Shown piece after piece: positions 19,366 through 28,446 of a stretch of DNA of 64,000 bases. A program made the translations under genes and the position numbers. Under the pieces are notes generated by a model. It had not been told where the DNA came from. It worked only from the letters and a program-made list of their open reading frames with translations, and did not search any database. Source of the DNA: Candidatus Omnitrophota bacterium (GTDB lineage: Bacteria; Omnitrophota; Gorgyraeia; Gygaellales; Profunditerraquicolaceae); NCBI GenBank assembly GCA_025453395.1, contig JALOQK010000003.1, positions 82,711 through 146,710 on the forward strand, in the 5' to 3' direction. How positions within the stretch are numbered: the stretch's first letter is position 1; each line of letters begins with the position of its first letter.

Positions 19366-20466
19366 GCTTAAAATCGCCCCGCCTACCGCCCACCAGATCC
19401 AGGATATTTCTGGAAGAAAAAAACTGAAGCTGAATAAATTGTCTATTAGAAAAACCAGATACGCCCCCATTAAGGCGGATGCTTGGGGATTATGGGTTTT
19501 TATTCTTTTGGCGCCATAGAAAAAAACAGAAAAAACCAGGCACAGAAAGGCAGTCAGGCTTAATATTCCAGATTCCGCCCATAACTGCAAATATGATTGA
19601 TGCGCGAAGCGTGAGTGGGCCAGGTTAAAATTACCGCTTCCTATGCCAAATGCCGGGCTTCTTTGGATTATCTGCCAGGTTTGTTCCCAGTATTCCAGGC
19701 GCATCTGGGCAGAAAACCCGGGAGAAAAATGTTGCTTTAGGTAAAGCATTCTGAATAAAAATACCGCGGCAATAGATATGGCGATTGCCCCCAGATACAG
19801 CAGCCATTTTTTGTTCATCTTCGCGGTTAAAACAAAAAATAATGCCAGGCCCGCGCATATGCTGACAAGCGCGCTGATGGAACCGGTAAGAAGCAAAGCG
19901 AAGAATAATATCAAGCACAAATACGCTCTTTTTTTTAAGCCTGCCGCTATAAGAATAACCATGGCCAAATACGCGCCAAGGATATTAGCGGTTACAAAGG
20001 GCAAGAATACGCGTCTTGTGCCTAAAGAATCCGAAGCAAAATGGTTTATAATATTTTTCCCCGCCATGTATTCTTGCGTGTGAGAGAAGCCGAAGAAATA
20101 TTGGTAAATAGCAAGTATTGCTATTATTATCCCCGAGAAGACCACGCAGTAGATTAATTTCTGGCGTTGCTTATCTTTTAAGAAGCCGGCGCAAATAAAA
20201 ATAAGCCCTGATGCGGCATATTGCAGTATCCTTTCTAATCCCAGATCCGGATTAGGCAAAGCCAACATTAATAGATAGGGCAACAAAACAAACGCTCCCA
20301 CCATCCAGAGGGTAAATCCCGGTATTTTTACATCTTTTATATTTTTCAATACCCAAAACAGAAGAAATATGATGCACAGGCAAGTATAAACTGTATTTTC
20401 AAGTGGATAAGCCATTGATGAAAGAAAAGGCCTCAGGCAGATGAAGATTAGGAATGGGTATAACAT
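19357..20466 (-). CDS. O-antigen ligase / polymerase-like (Wzy_C domain) membrane protein
   Basis: About 10 TM helices. 'GIGSGNFNLAHSRFAHQSYLQLWAESGI' resembles the O-antigen ligase periplasmic loop motif. Confidence 0.6.
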   Translation of the reverse strand: MLYPFLIFICLRPFLSSMAYPLENTVYTCLCIIFLLFWVLKNIKDVKIPGFTLWMVGAFVLLPYLLMLALPNPDLGLERILQYAASGLIFICAGFLKDKQRQKLIYCVVFSGIIIAILAIYQYFFGFSHTQEYMAGKNIINHFASDSLGTRRVFLPFVTANILGAYLAMVILIAAGLKKRAYLCLILFFALLLTGSISALVSICAGLALFFVLTAKMNKKWLLYLGAIAISIAAVFLFRMLYLKQHFSPGFSAQMRLEYWEQTWQIIQRSPAFGIGSGNFNLAHSRFAHQSYLQLWAESGILSLTAFLCLVFSVFFYGAKRIKTHNPQASALMGAYLVFLIDNLFSFSFFLPEISWIWWAVGGAILSLS

Positions 20467-20488
20467 TGTGTTATAATATTATGCAAAA

Positions 20489-21421
20489 ATGGATAAGTCA
20501 AACGAATTAGTAAGCGTTATTATTGTGGCCTCCGGCATTTCAAGGTATTTGTTTGACTGCCTTGTTTCAGTGCATGCTCAAAGCCACTCTCATCTGCAGG
20601 TCATAGTTATTGATAACAGCCTGAACAGTTTCTTATCAGGCAAGATTAAACGGGCCGCCCCCTCGGCCCATTTGCACATTTGCCAAGTTTCAACTTCTTA
20701 TTGTGACTCTTTAAACATCGGCATAGAAAAAAGTAGCGCAGAGTATATACTCTGCTTGAATGATGATGTTATCCTTGAAAATAACTTTTTGGAAGAGGCG
20801 CTTAAAGGATTCTTATCTGGAGTGGGCATGGTAAGCGGCAAGATCTTGCGCATGGATAAGAAAACCATAGACACCACCGGCCTTTTTTTAAGCTGTTTCA
20901 GGACCCCACGCGAGCGGGGGTATTCTCAAAAAGACCGCAGGAAATTCCAGGATCCCGGTTTTTGTTTTGGCGTAAACGGGGCAGTTGCTTTATATAAAAA
21001 AGAGATGCTTGATAAAATTAAAGAGGAAAATTATTTTGATTCAAGTTTTGGCTTCTTTTATGAAGACTTGGATATTGCTTGGCGCGCCCAGCGTAAAGGC
21101 TGGAAAGGCTTTTATGCCCCCTTGGCAGTGGCATATCACGCCAGAGGCGCTACCTTAAGAAAAGAAGCTGTAAGTGGGAAAATTTTTGCCAGAGCAAGTA
21201 TAAGCGACAGCTTATTAGCCGACTTGATAAAAAATAGATATCTTGCTATTATTAAGAACGAGTCGCTCTTAGGGTTTTTATGGCATTTACCGGAAATACT
21301 AATCTATGATTGCGCTGCTTGGTCGTATTGTTTGTTATTCAGGCCTGGCGCAGCAGTAATATTTTTATCACGCTTAAAAATAATTCAGTACGCGTTAAAG
21401 AAGCGATTGGCCAAGAAATGA
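20489..21421 (+). CDS. Glycosyltransferase, GT2 family (GT-A fold)
   Basis: 'VSVIIVASG', 'CLNDDV' (DXD). Typical GT2 layout. Confidence 0.75.
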   Translation: MDKSNELVSVIIVASGISRYLFDCLVSVHAQSHSHLQVIVIDNSLNSFLSGKIKRAAPSAHLHICQVSTSYCDSLNIGIEKSSAEYILCLNDDVILENNFLEEALKGFLSGVGMVSGKILRMDKKTIDTTGLFLSCFRTPRERGYSQKDRRKFQDPGFCFGVNGAVALYKKEMLDKIKEENYFDSSFGFFYEDLDIAWRAQRKGWKGFYAPLAVAYHARGATLRKEAVSGKIFARASISDSLLADLIKNRYLAIIKNESLLGFLWHLPEILIYDCAAWSYCLLFRPGAAVIFLSRLKIIQYALKKRLAKK

Positions 21422-22047
21422 AAAAGCCTCCGGAAATATCAATTAGCCGTTTAAGCCTGTATCTGAGGTTTTTGGATGATTACCTGCGCCAAAAAGGCCT
21501 GAATGCCACAATTAGCTCTGAAGAATTAGCTCAACAACTTGACCTTAATCCGCATCAAATCCGCAAAGATCTTTCATACTTTGGTAAATTCGGCTCTCCC
21601 GGAGTGGGGTATCGGGCCCAAGAGTTAAAGTCCAGGGTTTCTGAGATTTTGGGCTTACGCAGGAAATGGAATTTATGTATTTGCGGAAGCGGGAATCTGG
21701 GGGCAGCCTTAGCCGCTTATGAAGGGTTTAAGAAAATGAATTTACACATCGTAGCTTTATTTGACAATGATCCGCTTAAAATAGGAAAAAAGTTTCAAGG
21801 GATCGATGTCTATAGCACTAAAGGCATGGCTTCGGTGTTAGCTTGGCTTAAAGTGGATATTGCCATTATTGCTGTGCCCCAAGAAGCGGCCCAGGCGCTT
21901 GCCGATAAATTAGCGGACGCAGGGGTTAAGGCTATACTTAACTTTGCCCCGGTTTCTCTCTCATCTTCCAAAGAAATAAAAATAAGAAACATGGATGTGG
22001 CGGCAGAATTGCTTAACCTCACCTATTTTTTATCCACCGCAAGATAA
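21418..22047 (+). CDS. rex: Redox-sensing transcriptional repressor Rex
   Basis: 'ISRLSLYLRFL' winged-helix block. 'ICGSGNLGAAL' NADH-binding Rossmann. Start at 'MKKPPE', overlapping the GT2 stop by ATGA. Confidence 0.85.
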   Translation: MKKPPEISISRLSLYLRFLDDYLRQKGLNATISSEELAQQLDLNPHQIRKDLSYFGKFGSPGVGYRAQELKSRVSEILGLRRKWNLCICGSGNLGAALAAYEGFKKMNLHIVALFDNDPLKIGKKFQGIDVYSTKGMASVLAWLKVDIAIIAVPQEAAQALADKLADAGVKAILNFAPVSLSSSKEIKIRNMDVAAELLNLTYFLSTAR

Positions 22048-22182
22048 AATATCATTTCTCGACGCTGATTGCCCGTAGAAATTCCTTGACAAAAGCCGCC
22101 CATTGTGATAAAAAATAAATAAGAAGCAAATAAACTTACAGAGAAAGAAAAGACAAAACTTGGAAAAAATATAGAAGTTTAA

Positions 22183-22216
22183 AGAAAAGGGCTAAGAAGG
22201 GGCCCTTATTTTTTTT
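22183..22216 (+). terminator. Rho-independent-terminator-like hairpin (AAGGGC-N9-GCCCTT) followed by a T8 tract. Either the rex terminator or an attenuator in the leader of the ATP-grasp/KamA operon.
   Basis: Stem 22187-22192 / 22202-22207, then 'atttttttt'. A TTGACA hexamer at 22086 lies upstream. Confidence 0.5.
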
Positions 22217-22229
22217 GTTTTACTTATAA

Positions 22230-23219
22230 ATGAAAACAGTTGGTTTGACCTACGATTTAAAAACAGAATATAAATTCAAAGAAAACGACCCGCCTGACGC
22301 AAACGCCGAGTTTGACCATCCGTCTACCATCGAGGTTATCGCAAACGCCATTGAATCTCAAGGTTTTAAGGTAAAAAAAATCGGAAACGCCTATAATGTT
22401 ATGGAAGGTATGGGCAAATTAGGCGTGGATATCGTGTTTAATATTTCTGAAGGCATTTCCGGAAGAAACCGTGAATCACAGGTTCCTCTTTTGCTGGAAA
22501 TGTCCGGGGTGCCTTTTGTGGGATCGGATGCCTTAACTTTAGGCTTAACCTTGGATAAGGTCATGGCCAAAAAAATATTTATCTCGGAGAAAATACCTAC
22601 CCCGAAATTCTTTGAAATAAAATCCCTGGATGCTTTAGTGGATTCAGACCACCTGCATTATCCCTTGATCGTTAAACCTCGCTTTGAAGGCTCGTCCAAA
22701 GGATTAACCGAAAGCTCGCGTGTGGAAAATATGGAGGAGCTTAAGAAACAAGCAGATCAAATTATAAATATGTATAAGCAGCCTGCTCTTATTGAAGAAT
22801 TTATTGTCGGCCAGGAATTTACAGTTGCCCTGGTGGGAAATGACCCGGTTGAAGTTTTGCCTCCGGTGCAGATCAAGATAGACGGAAAATTAAAACTCAA
22901 TGAGAAATTTTATACCTTTTCGCGGATCACCTCTGATCGTTTGGAATATATTTGCCCGGCTAAGATAAGCGCAGAATTAAGAGATAAGATATCGCAGATA
23001 GCTTTAAAGGTATATAATGCGGTTGAATGCTGTGATTTCGGCAGGGTGGATTTTAGGGTCACAAACGACGGGCATCCTTATGTCTTAGAGATCAATCCTT
23101 TACCTTCGCTTTCCACGGAAGATGTTTTTCAAATAGTAGCCAGAGAAACAGGTATATCTTATGAACAGATTATCGGCAAGATTTTAAACGCGGCCCTAAA
23201 AAGGCACAACCTGAATTAA
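22230..23219 (+). CDS. ATP-grasp ligase, D-Ala-D-Ala-ligase-like (paralogue 1)
   Basis: 'LIVKPRFEGSSKG', 'EEFIVGQEFTV', 'YVLEINPLPSLS' are ATP-grasp/Ddl-family blocks. No Gly-rich Ddl N-terminus. Confidence 0.7.
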   Translation: MKTVGLTYDLKTEYKFKENDPPDANAEFDHPSTIEVIANAIESQGFKVKKIGNAYNVMEGMGKLGVDIVFNISEGISGRNRESQVPLLLEMSGVPFVGSDALTLGLTLDKVMAKKIFISEKIPTPKFFEIKSLDALVDSDHLHYPLIVKPRFEGSSKGLTESSRVENMEELKKQADQIINMYKQPALIEEFIVGQEFTVALVGNDPVEVLPPVQIKIDGKLKLNEKFYTFSRITSDRLEYICPAKISAELRDKISQIALKVYNAVECCDFGRVDFRVTNDGHPYVLEINPLPSLSTEDVFQIVARETGISYEQIIGKILNAALKRHNLN

Positions 23220-23221
23220 AA

Positions 23222-24232
23222 ATGAAAGTCGCCCTGACTTATAATTTAAAGAAAAAAGACGAGACCAAGCCCATAGATTATTTCTCCGAGTTTGATACTC
23301 AGGATACAATTAATGCTATAGTAGGCGCCCTCCAATCCCGCGGGCATGATGTAACCCCGGTTGAAGCAGAGTATGAAAATCTTTTTAGCTTCTTCAAAAA
23401 TAATAAGGTTGATATGGTTTTTAATGTTGCCGAAGGAAAATCCGGGAAGATGCGCGAGTCAGAGATCCCGGCGCTTTTGGAGTATTTACGAATTCCGCAC
23501 ACAGGCTCCAATACTTTTTCTCTGGCCATTGCCTTAAATAAGGCGGTTACCAAGAAAATATTAAGCGCGGAGAATATTCCTACTCCGCGTTATCAGCTTT
23601 TTAGCAAGACAGACGAAGAGCTGAATCCAGAACTTAAGTTTCCTTTGATTGTAAAGCCCAATTGCGAAGGCTCTGCCAAAGGGATTAATAAAACAAGCGT
23701 TGTGCATGATCAGGGTGAATTATCCCGGGAAGTATACAGAGTAATTTCTGTTTATCATCAGGAAGCGTTAGTAGAGGAATTTATCAATGGCAGAGAATTT
23801 ACCGTCGGGATATTAGAAGATGATAAAACCACTATTTTGCCGGTGATGGAAATAGATTTTGCAAGCTGTGAAAAAAGCGGGGAATATTTTTATTCCTGGA
23901 GGATGAAAGAATACCAGGGCAATGCTGAGTTAGGCCTTACTCCCACATTTCATTGCCCGGCGGCCCTTGATAAAGAAACCGAAAGAAAAATAAAAGAAGT
24001 GGCTCTCAGGACGCATCATGCCATTGGATGTTTTGATATTTCGCGTACTGATATACGCTTGAGCGAAGATAATATTCCTTATGTCTTGGAAATCAATCCT
24101 TTGCCGGGTTTATCCCCCAGAGATTCCAATTTCCCCTTGATGGCGTATGCCAATGGCATGCGTTATGAAGATCTAATTGAGGCGATCCTTAAGAGCGCCT
24201 GCAAAAGAAAGGAAAAAATTGAGCCAGCTTGA
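23222..24232 (+). CDS. ATP-grasp ligase, D-Ala-D-Ala-ligase-like (paralogue 2, tandem duplicate)
   Basis: Same block order as paralogue 1: 'LTYNLK', 'LIVKPNCEGSAKG', 'EEFINGREFTV', 'YVLEINPLPGLS'. Confidence 0.7.
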   Translation: MKVALTYNLKKKDETKPIDYFSEFDTQDTINAIVGALQSRGHDVTPVEAEYENLFSFFKNNKVDMVFNVAEGKSGKMRESEIPALLEYLRIPHTGSNTFSLAIALNKAVTKKILSAENIPTPRYQLFSKTDEELNPELKFPLIVKPNCEGSAKGINKTSVVHDQGELSREVYRVISVYHQEALVEEFINGREFTVGILEDDKTTILPVMEIDFASCEKSGEYFYSWRMKEYQGNAELGLTPTFHCPAALDKETERKIKEVALRTHHAIGCFDISRTDIRLSEDNIPYVLEINPLPGLSPRDSNFPLMAYANGMRYEDLIEAILKSACKRKEKIEPA

Positions 24233-25424
24233 TAACTCCCAAGGAAACAGCGCTTTAGAGACACAAAAGCAGCAGGTGGAATTTTCTCCTTCGATACGAA
24301 CCTCCAGAAGATCCAGAGATTATCAGCAGATTGGGATCTACAAAGATGTCAATCCGTTAGATTGGGAGGATTGGCATTGGCAGATCAAGAACAGGGTTTG
24401 CACCAGAGATGTCCTTTCGCAGATAATCCGCTTGACAGCTGATGAGGAAAAAGGGATTGAAAAAGCTAAGGGTAGATTATCCATGGCGATTACTCCTTAT
24501 TGGGCGGCGCTTTTGGATGCAGATGACCCGCAGTGCCCGATTAGAAGGCAGGCTGTGCCGGTAAAAGACGAGTCAGCTGTTTCCGCGCATGAAATGACTG
24601 ATCCTTGCGCCGAAGACAGGGATTCTCCGGCGCCGCATTTGGTGCATCGTTATCCCGACAGGGCGCTTTTATTGGCAACTGATCATTGCGCGATGTACTG
24701 CCGCCACTGCACCCGCAGGCGTTTAGTGGGAGACCATGTTGAAGAAAAAACCAATGGAGTGGACAAATTTGACGCGGCAATCGAATATTTAAGCCAGAAT
24801 AAGAAAATAAGGGATGTGCTTATTTCCGGAGGAGACCCGCTTTTCTTGGAAGATGAGCAGTTAGAATCTTTGATCCAAAGGATCCGGGCCATTTCGCATA
24901 TTGAATTTTTGCGCATTGGAACGCGCATTCCGGTTACCTTGCCGCAACGCATTACCGAAAATCTGGTGAATATGCTTAAGAAATATTCGCCCATTTGGAT
25001 GAGCATACACTTTAACCATCCCAAAGAAATTACCAAGCGTTGCAAGATCGCCTGCGATATGCTGGCGGATTCAGGTATTCCTTTGGGAAGTCAGTCTGTG
25101 CTTTTAAAAGGCATCAATGACCGGCCGTATATCATGAGAAAATTGGTGCATGAATTACTGCAAGTTCGAGTTAGGCCGTATTATATTTACCAGTGCGATC
25201 CGGTTAAAGGCACCCAGCATTTCCGCACTCCGGTTGCCACGGGCATTAACATCATGGAAAAACTGCGCGGGCATACTTCAGGTTACGCGGTTCCTACTTA
25301 TGTAATTGATGGTCCTGGAGGAGGCGGTAAGATCCCGGTGGGCCCTAATTACATTCTTTCCCAGGCTAAGGGAAAATATGTGTTACGCAATTACAAGGGC
25401 AAGATTTATACCTATCTAGAGTAA
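24177..25424 (+). CDS. Lysine 2,3-aminomutase family radical SAM/PLP enzyme (KamA/EpmB/AblA-like)
   Basis: 'CAMYCRHCTRRR' = CxxxCxxC of the KamA family. 'ITPYWAALLD..PIRRQAVP' N-terminal KamA block. 'DWHWQIKN'. The annotated ORF start overlaps the previous gene by about 55 nt, so the true start may lie downstream (non-ATG). Confidence 0.8.
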   Translation: MRRSLRAPAKERKKLSQLDNSQGNSALETQKQQVEFSPSIRTSRRSRDYQQIGIYKDVNPLDWEDWHWQIKNRVCTRDVLSQIIRLTADEEKGIEKAKGRLSMAITPYWAALLDADDPQCPIRRQAVPVKDESAVSAHEMTDPCAEDRDSPAPHLVHRYPDRALLLATDHCAMYCRHCTRRRLVGDHVEEKTNGVDKFDAAIEYLSQNKKIRDVLISGGDPLFLEDEQLESLIQRIRAISHIEFLRIGTRIPVTLPQRITENLVNMLKKYSPIWMSIHFNHPKEITKRCKIACDMLADSGIPLGSQSVLLKGINDRPYIMRKLVHELLQVRVRPYYIYQCDPVKGTQHFRTPVATGINIMEKLRGHTSGYAVPTYVIDGPGGGGKIPVGPNYILSQAKGKYVLRNYKGKIYTYLE

Positions 25425-25445
25425 AACAGGGGATGGTTTTATCCC

Positions 25446-25474
25446 TTGACCCGCCTTTTTGTGTATTATATAAT
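25446..25474 (+). promoter_or_regulatory. Sigma70-type promoter TTGACC-N17-TATAAT, followed by two hairpins in the roughly 140-nt leader of the EF-G-like gene
   Basis: Read directly. The -35 hexamer is at 25446-25451 and the -10 hexamer at 25469-25474. Leader hairpins are ACTCCGCG/CGCGGAGT (25544-25565) and AAATAAACAATA/TATTGTTTATTT (25566-25602), just before the RBS 'aggagc'. Confidence 0.5.
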
Positions 25475-25616
25475 TAATAAACCTTAGGAATATCCATAAA
25501 AATATATAGTCTATTTATCTTTTGATAATATACTAACCCGAAGACTCCGCGCAAAATCGCGGAGTTAAATAAACAATAAGCGCCAGTGGTATTGTTTATT
25601 TAAGGAGCTAAAATAT

Positions 25617-27557
25617 ATGGATACCAAGAACAAGCGCAATTTTATTCTTTTGGGCCATGCCCAGTCAGGCAAGACTTCCTTGGCAGAAAGCATGCTCTTT
25701 TTTGCTCATGCTACAACCCGCAAAGGCGCAATCAACGAAGGCAATACTGTTAGTGATTATAGCTTTGACGAAATTGAAAGAAAAAGTTCAATTAACGCCG
25801 GCTTTTTATATTGTGATTATAAGGGTTGCCGCATCCAGATGGTGGATGCTCCGGGTTACGCGGATTTTTTTGGCGAACCTCTATCATCTGCGCGCGCAGT
25901 AGACAGCGCCATAATCGTGGTAGATGCCGCAAGCGGCATAGAAGTAGGCACGGAAAAAGCTTGGGATTTGGCAGAAGAGCAAAATCTGCCGGTAATGTTC
26001 TTTCTAAATAAAATAGACAAGGAAGGCGCCTCCGCCCAAAGAGTGCTGGCAGATTTAAAATCGCGCTTTTCTAAAGCCTGCGTGATTATTGAGACCTTGG
26101 AAGACCCGGATTTAATGGAGGCCATTGCCGAAAGCGATGATACTTTATTGGCAACCTATTTGGACACCCTGAAGCTTTCTGTTGACCAGATCAAAAACGG
26201 CCTGAAGCAGGCAGTTGTTAAGCGCAAACTTTTTCCGGTTTTAAGCGGCTCGGCGGTTACGGATAAAAGATTGCAGGATTTATTGGAGGATATCATAGAA
26301 TATATGCCTAATCCTCTTGAGCGCGCGCCTGTCTTGGCAGAAGATAAAGAAGTAAGCTTAACGCATGATGGGCCCTTCAGCGCCTTTGTCTTTAAGACCA
26401 TAGTTGACCCTTATGTTGGCCAGCTTACTTTATTAAGGGTTTTTTCCGGATCCCTGTCTTCCAATGGCACCTTTTATAATGCCACCAAGAAGCTCAAAGA
26501 GAAATTCGGCAGTATCTATATTTTGCAAGGAAAAGAACAGCGCGCGGTTGAGGCGGCTTCTTGCGGAGATATTGTGGCCATTGCCAAATTAAAAGACACC
26601 GTAACCGGCGATTCTTTAGCCAATGAAAAATCCCCGGTGTTGTTTGAGCCTCTTGTTTTTCCGGAGCCTGCGATTTCAGCTTCGGTGAAGCCTAAATCCC
26701 GCGCCGATGAGGATAAAATTTCCCTGGCCTTGCATAAGTTAGCCGCTGAAGACCCGACCTTTCATTTTACTCATGATCCCCAGAGTAAAGAGCTTATCAT
26801 TTCCGGGATGGGAGATTTGCATTTAGCGATTATGGTAGGAAGAATAAAAAAGCGCTTTAATGTGGAAGTAGAGCTTGGCACTCCCAAAGTAAGTTACAAA
26901 GAAACTATTACTAAGAAAATCAAGGTGCAGGGAAAATTCAAACGCCAGTCTGGCGGCCGCGGGCAATACGGCGATGTCTGGATTGAAATTGAGCCTAAGT
27001 TAAGAGGAGAAGGTTTTGAATTCGTAGATAAGATTTTTGGAGGTGCCATCCCAAGAAATTATATTCCTTCTGCGGAAAAAGGTATTTTGCAGGCTTGCTC
27101 TGAAGGCGCGGTTGCGGGTTATCCGATTGTGGATTTAAAAGTAACCCTGGTGGATGGTTCGTATCACGACGTAGATTCTTCGGATATGGCCTTTCAGATT
27201 GCCGGAGCCATGGCCTTAAGAAAGGCAGTGGCCGAGGCTGGGCCGGTTCTTCTTGAGCCGGTGATGCAGGTAGATATTTCTATACCTGAAGATTGCCTTG
27301 GCGGGGTAAGCGGAGACATAAATTCCCGCAGAGGCCACATGGCTGGTATGGAAGTAAAAGGTAAGACCCAAGTGTTAAAAGCCTCAATACCGCTTGCGGA
27401 AATGTTTACTTACGCTAATGACTTAAGGTCTTTAACCGGCGGCAGGGGAAGTTACACTATGCGTTTTTCGCATTATGCCGAGGTTCCGCATAAGATTGCC
27501 TCCACGATTATAAGCCACTATCAGGCTTCGCGTAAACAGGACGCGGAAAATCAGTAG
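25617..27557 (+). CDS. Elongation factor G-like translational GTPase (EF-G paralogue, 646 aa)
   Basis: G1 'GHAQSGKTSL', 'DAPGYADF' G3, domain IV/V blocks 'GRGQYGDVWIEIEP', 'GYPIVDLKVTLVDGSYHDVDSS'. Shorter than canonical FusA. Confidence 0.8.
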   Translation: MDTKNKRNFILLGHAQSGKTSLAESMLFFAHATTRKGAINEGNTVSDYSFDEIERKSSINAGFLYCDYKGCRIQMVDAPGYADFFGEPLSSARAVDSAIIVVDAASGIEVGTEKAWDLAEEQNLPVMFFLNKIDKEGASAQRVLADLKSRFSKACVIIETLEDPDLMEAIAESDDTLLATYLDTLKLSVDQIKNGLKQAVVKRKLFPVLSGSAVTDKRLQDLLEDIIEYMPNPLERAPVLAEDKEVSLTHDGPFSAFVFKTIVDPYVGQLTLLRVFSGSLSSNGTFYNATKKLKEKFGSIYILQGKEQRAVEAASCGDIVAIAKLKDTVTGDSLANEKSPVLFEPLVFPEPAISASVKPKSRADEDKISLALHKLAAEDPTFHFTHDPQSKELIISGMGDLHLAIMVGRIKKRFNVEVELGTPKVSYKETITKKIKVQGKFKRQSGGRGQYGDVWIEIEPKLRGEGFEFVDKIFGGAIPRNYIPSAEKGILQACSEGAVAGYPIVDLKVTLVDGSYHDVDSSDMAFQIAGAMALRKAVAEAGPVLLEPVMQVDISIPEDCLGGVSGDINSRRGHMAGMEVKGKTQVLKASIPLAEMFTYANDLRSLTGGRGSYTMRFSHYAEVPHKIASTIISHYQASRKQDAENQ

Positions 27558-27674
27558 GGATTTTAATAAACCATTAATTTATCCCGAAGTTCCGGATATA
27601 AATCTGTCCAGCGCGCCGGAAATTAAATAAAATACTCCGGGGCAATATTTTGGTGCTCCAGAAAGGTATGGATC

Positions 27675-28379
27675 ATGAAGATCGGTATTTTTGGTATTGA
27701 TGGTTTTTCTCAAGGCAAAGCCAATATTGTTGACCAGAGAGTAAAAACTTTGGAGCAGATGTTTAAGTCGGCAAAACAAGTTTTTATACAGGCGGATATT
27801 TTAACTCAGGAAGATAAACTTAAAGAGGCAGATGGTATAATCTCCCTTGAAGAGTCACGCTTGGTTTTAGTGATGACAGACTTGGAATTTGTGGAATTAA
27901 GGCTTTCACGCGGAGCCGAAGCATTAGAAAAGGAATTACTTTTGCGCGCCAAAGACTGCCTTTCCAAAGAAAATATGCTTTCAACTTTGGAATTAACTGA
28001 AGAAGAGAAAAAGATTTCCGCAGCCTTTCCGTTTTTGACTAATAAACCCATATTTTTCTGTAAGCCAGAGGATGCGCAAGAAAAAGAAAAACTTTTATTT
28101 AACGCCTACTACGGGTTTGGATATATTTCCTTTTTTACCGCCGGAGATAAAGACGCGCACGCCTGGTCAATAAAAAAAGGCGCCAATGCCTACGAATCAG
28201 CCGGATGTATTCATTCGGATATCCAGAAAGGTTTTATCCGCGCCGAGGTCTTAAGCTACGATGACCTCATAAAAGATGGCGGGCTTTCTCAGGCCAGGCA
28301 AAATAATCATATCCGCCTTGAGAACAAAGAATATATTGTTCAGGACGGTGACTATATAGTGTTTAAGTGTAATAAATAA
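27675..28379 (+). CDS. Truncated YchF/Obg-like protein. It keeps the YchF helical segment and the C-terminal TGS/DUF933 domain but has a degenerate P-loop and lacks most of the G domain.
   Basis: The C-terminus 'AWSIKKGANAYESAGCIHSDIQKGFIRAEVLSYDDLI...IRLENKEYIVQDGDYIVFK' closely parallels the YchF C-terminus. 'LTEEEKKISAAFPFLTNKP' parallels the YchF helical domain. The N-terminal 'GIFGIDGFSQGKAN' is not a proper GxxxxGK[ST]. Confidence 0.55.
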   Translation: MKIGIFGIDGFSQGKANIVDQRVKTLEQMFKSAKQVFIQADILTQEDKLKEADGIISLEESRLVLVMTDLEFVELRLSRGAEALEKELLLRAKDCLSKENMLSTLELTEEEKKISAAFPFLTNKPIFFCKPEDAQEKEKLLFNAYYGFGYISFFTAGDKDAHAWSIKKGANAYESAGCIHSDIQKGFIRAEVLSYDDLIKDGGLSQARQNNHIRLENKEYIVQDGDYIVFKCNK

Positions 28380-28446
28380 AGAGCATGGGGTTGGTTATGA
28401 GTTATGAGTGAGGGTGAGTTGTGGGGGAAAGAAGAAAGGATAATAT

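Noticed and set aside
24177-24250. The 55-nt overlap of the KamA ORF start with the preceding ATP-grasp gene
   Set aside because: Probably an ORF-caller N-terminal over-extension. The true start is likely a downstream non-ATG codon, but this cannot be pinned down without homologue alignment, so the track coordinates were kept with a note.
27558-27674. Possible terminator after the EF-G-like gene (TCCGG...CCGGA)
   Set aside because: The stem is short and interrupted and is not followed by a U-tract. Insufficient for a terminator call.
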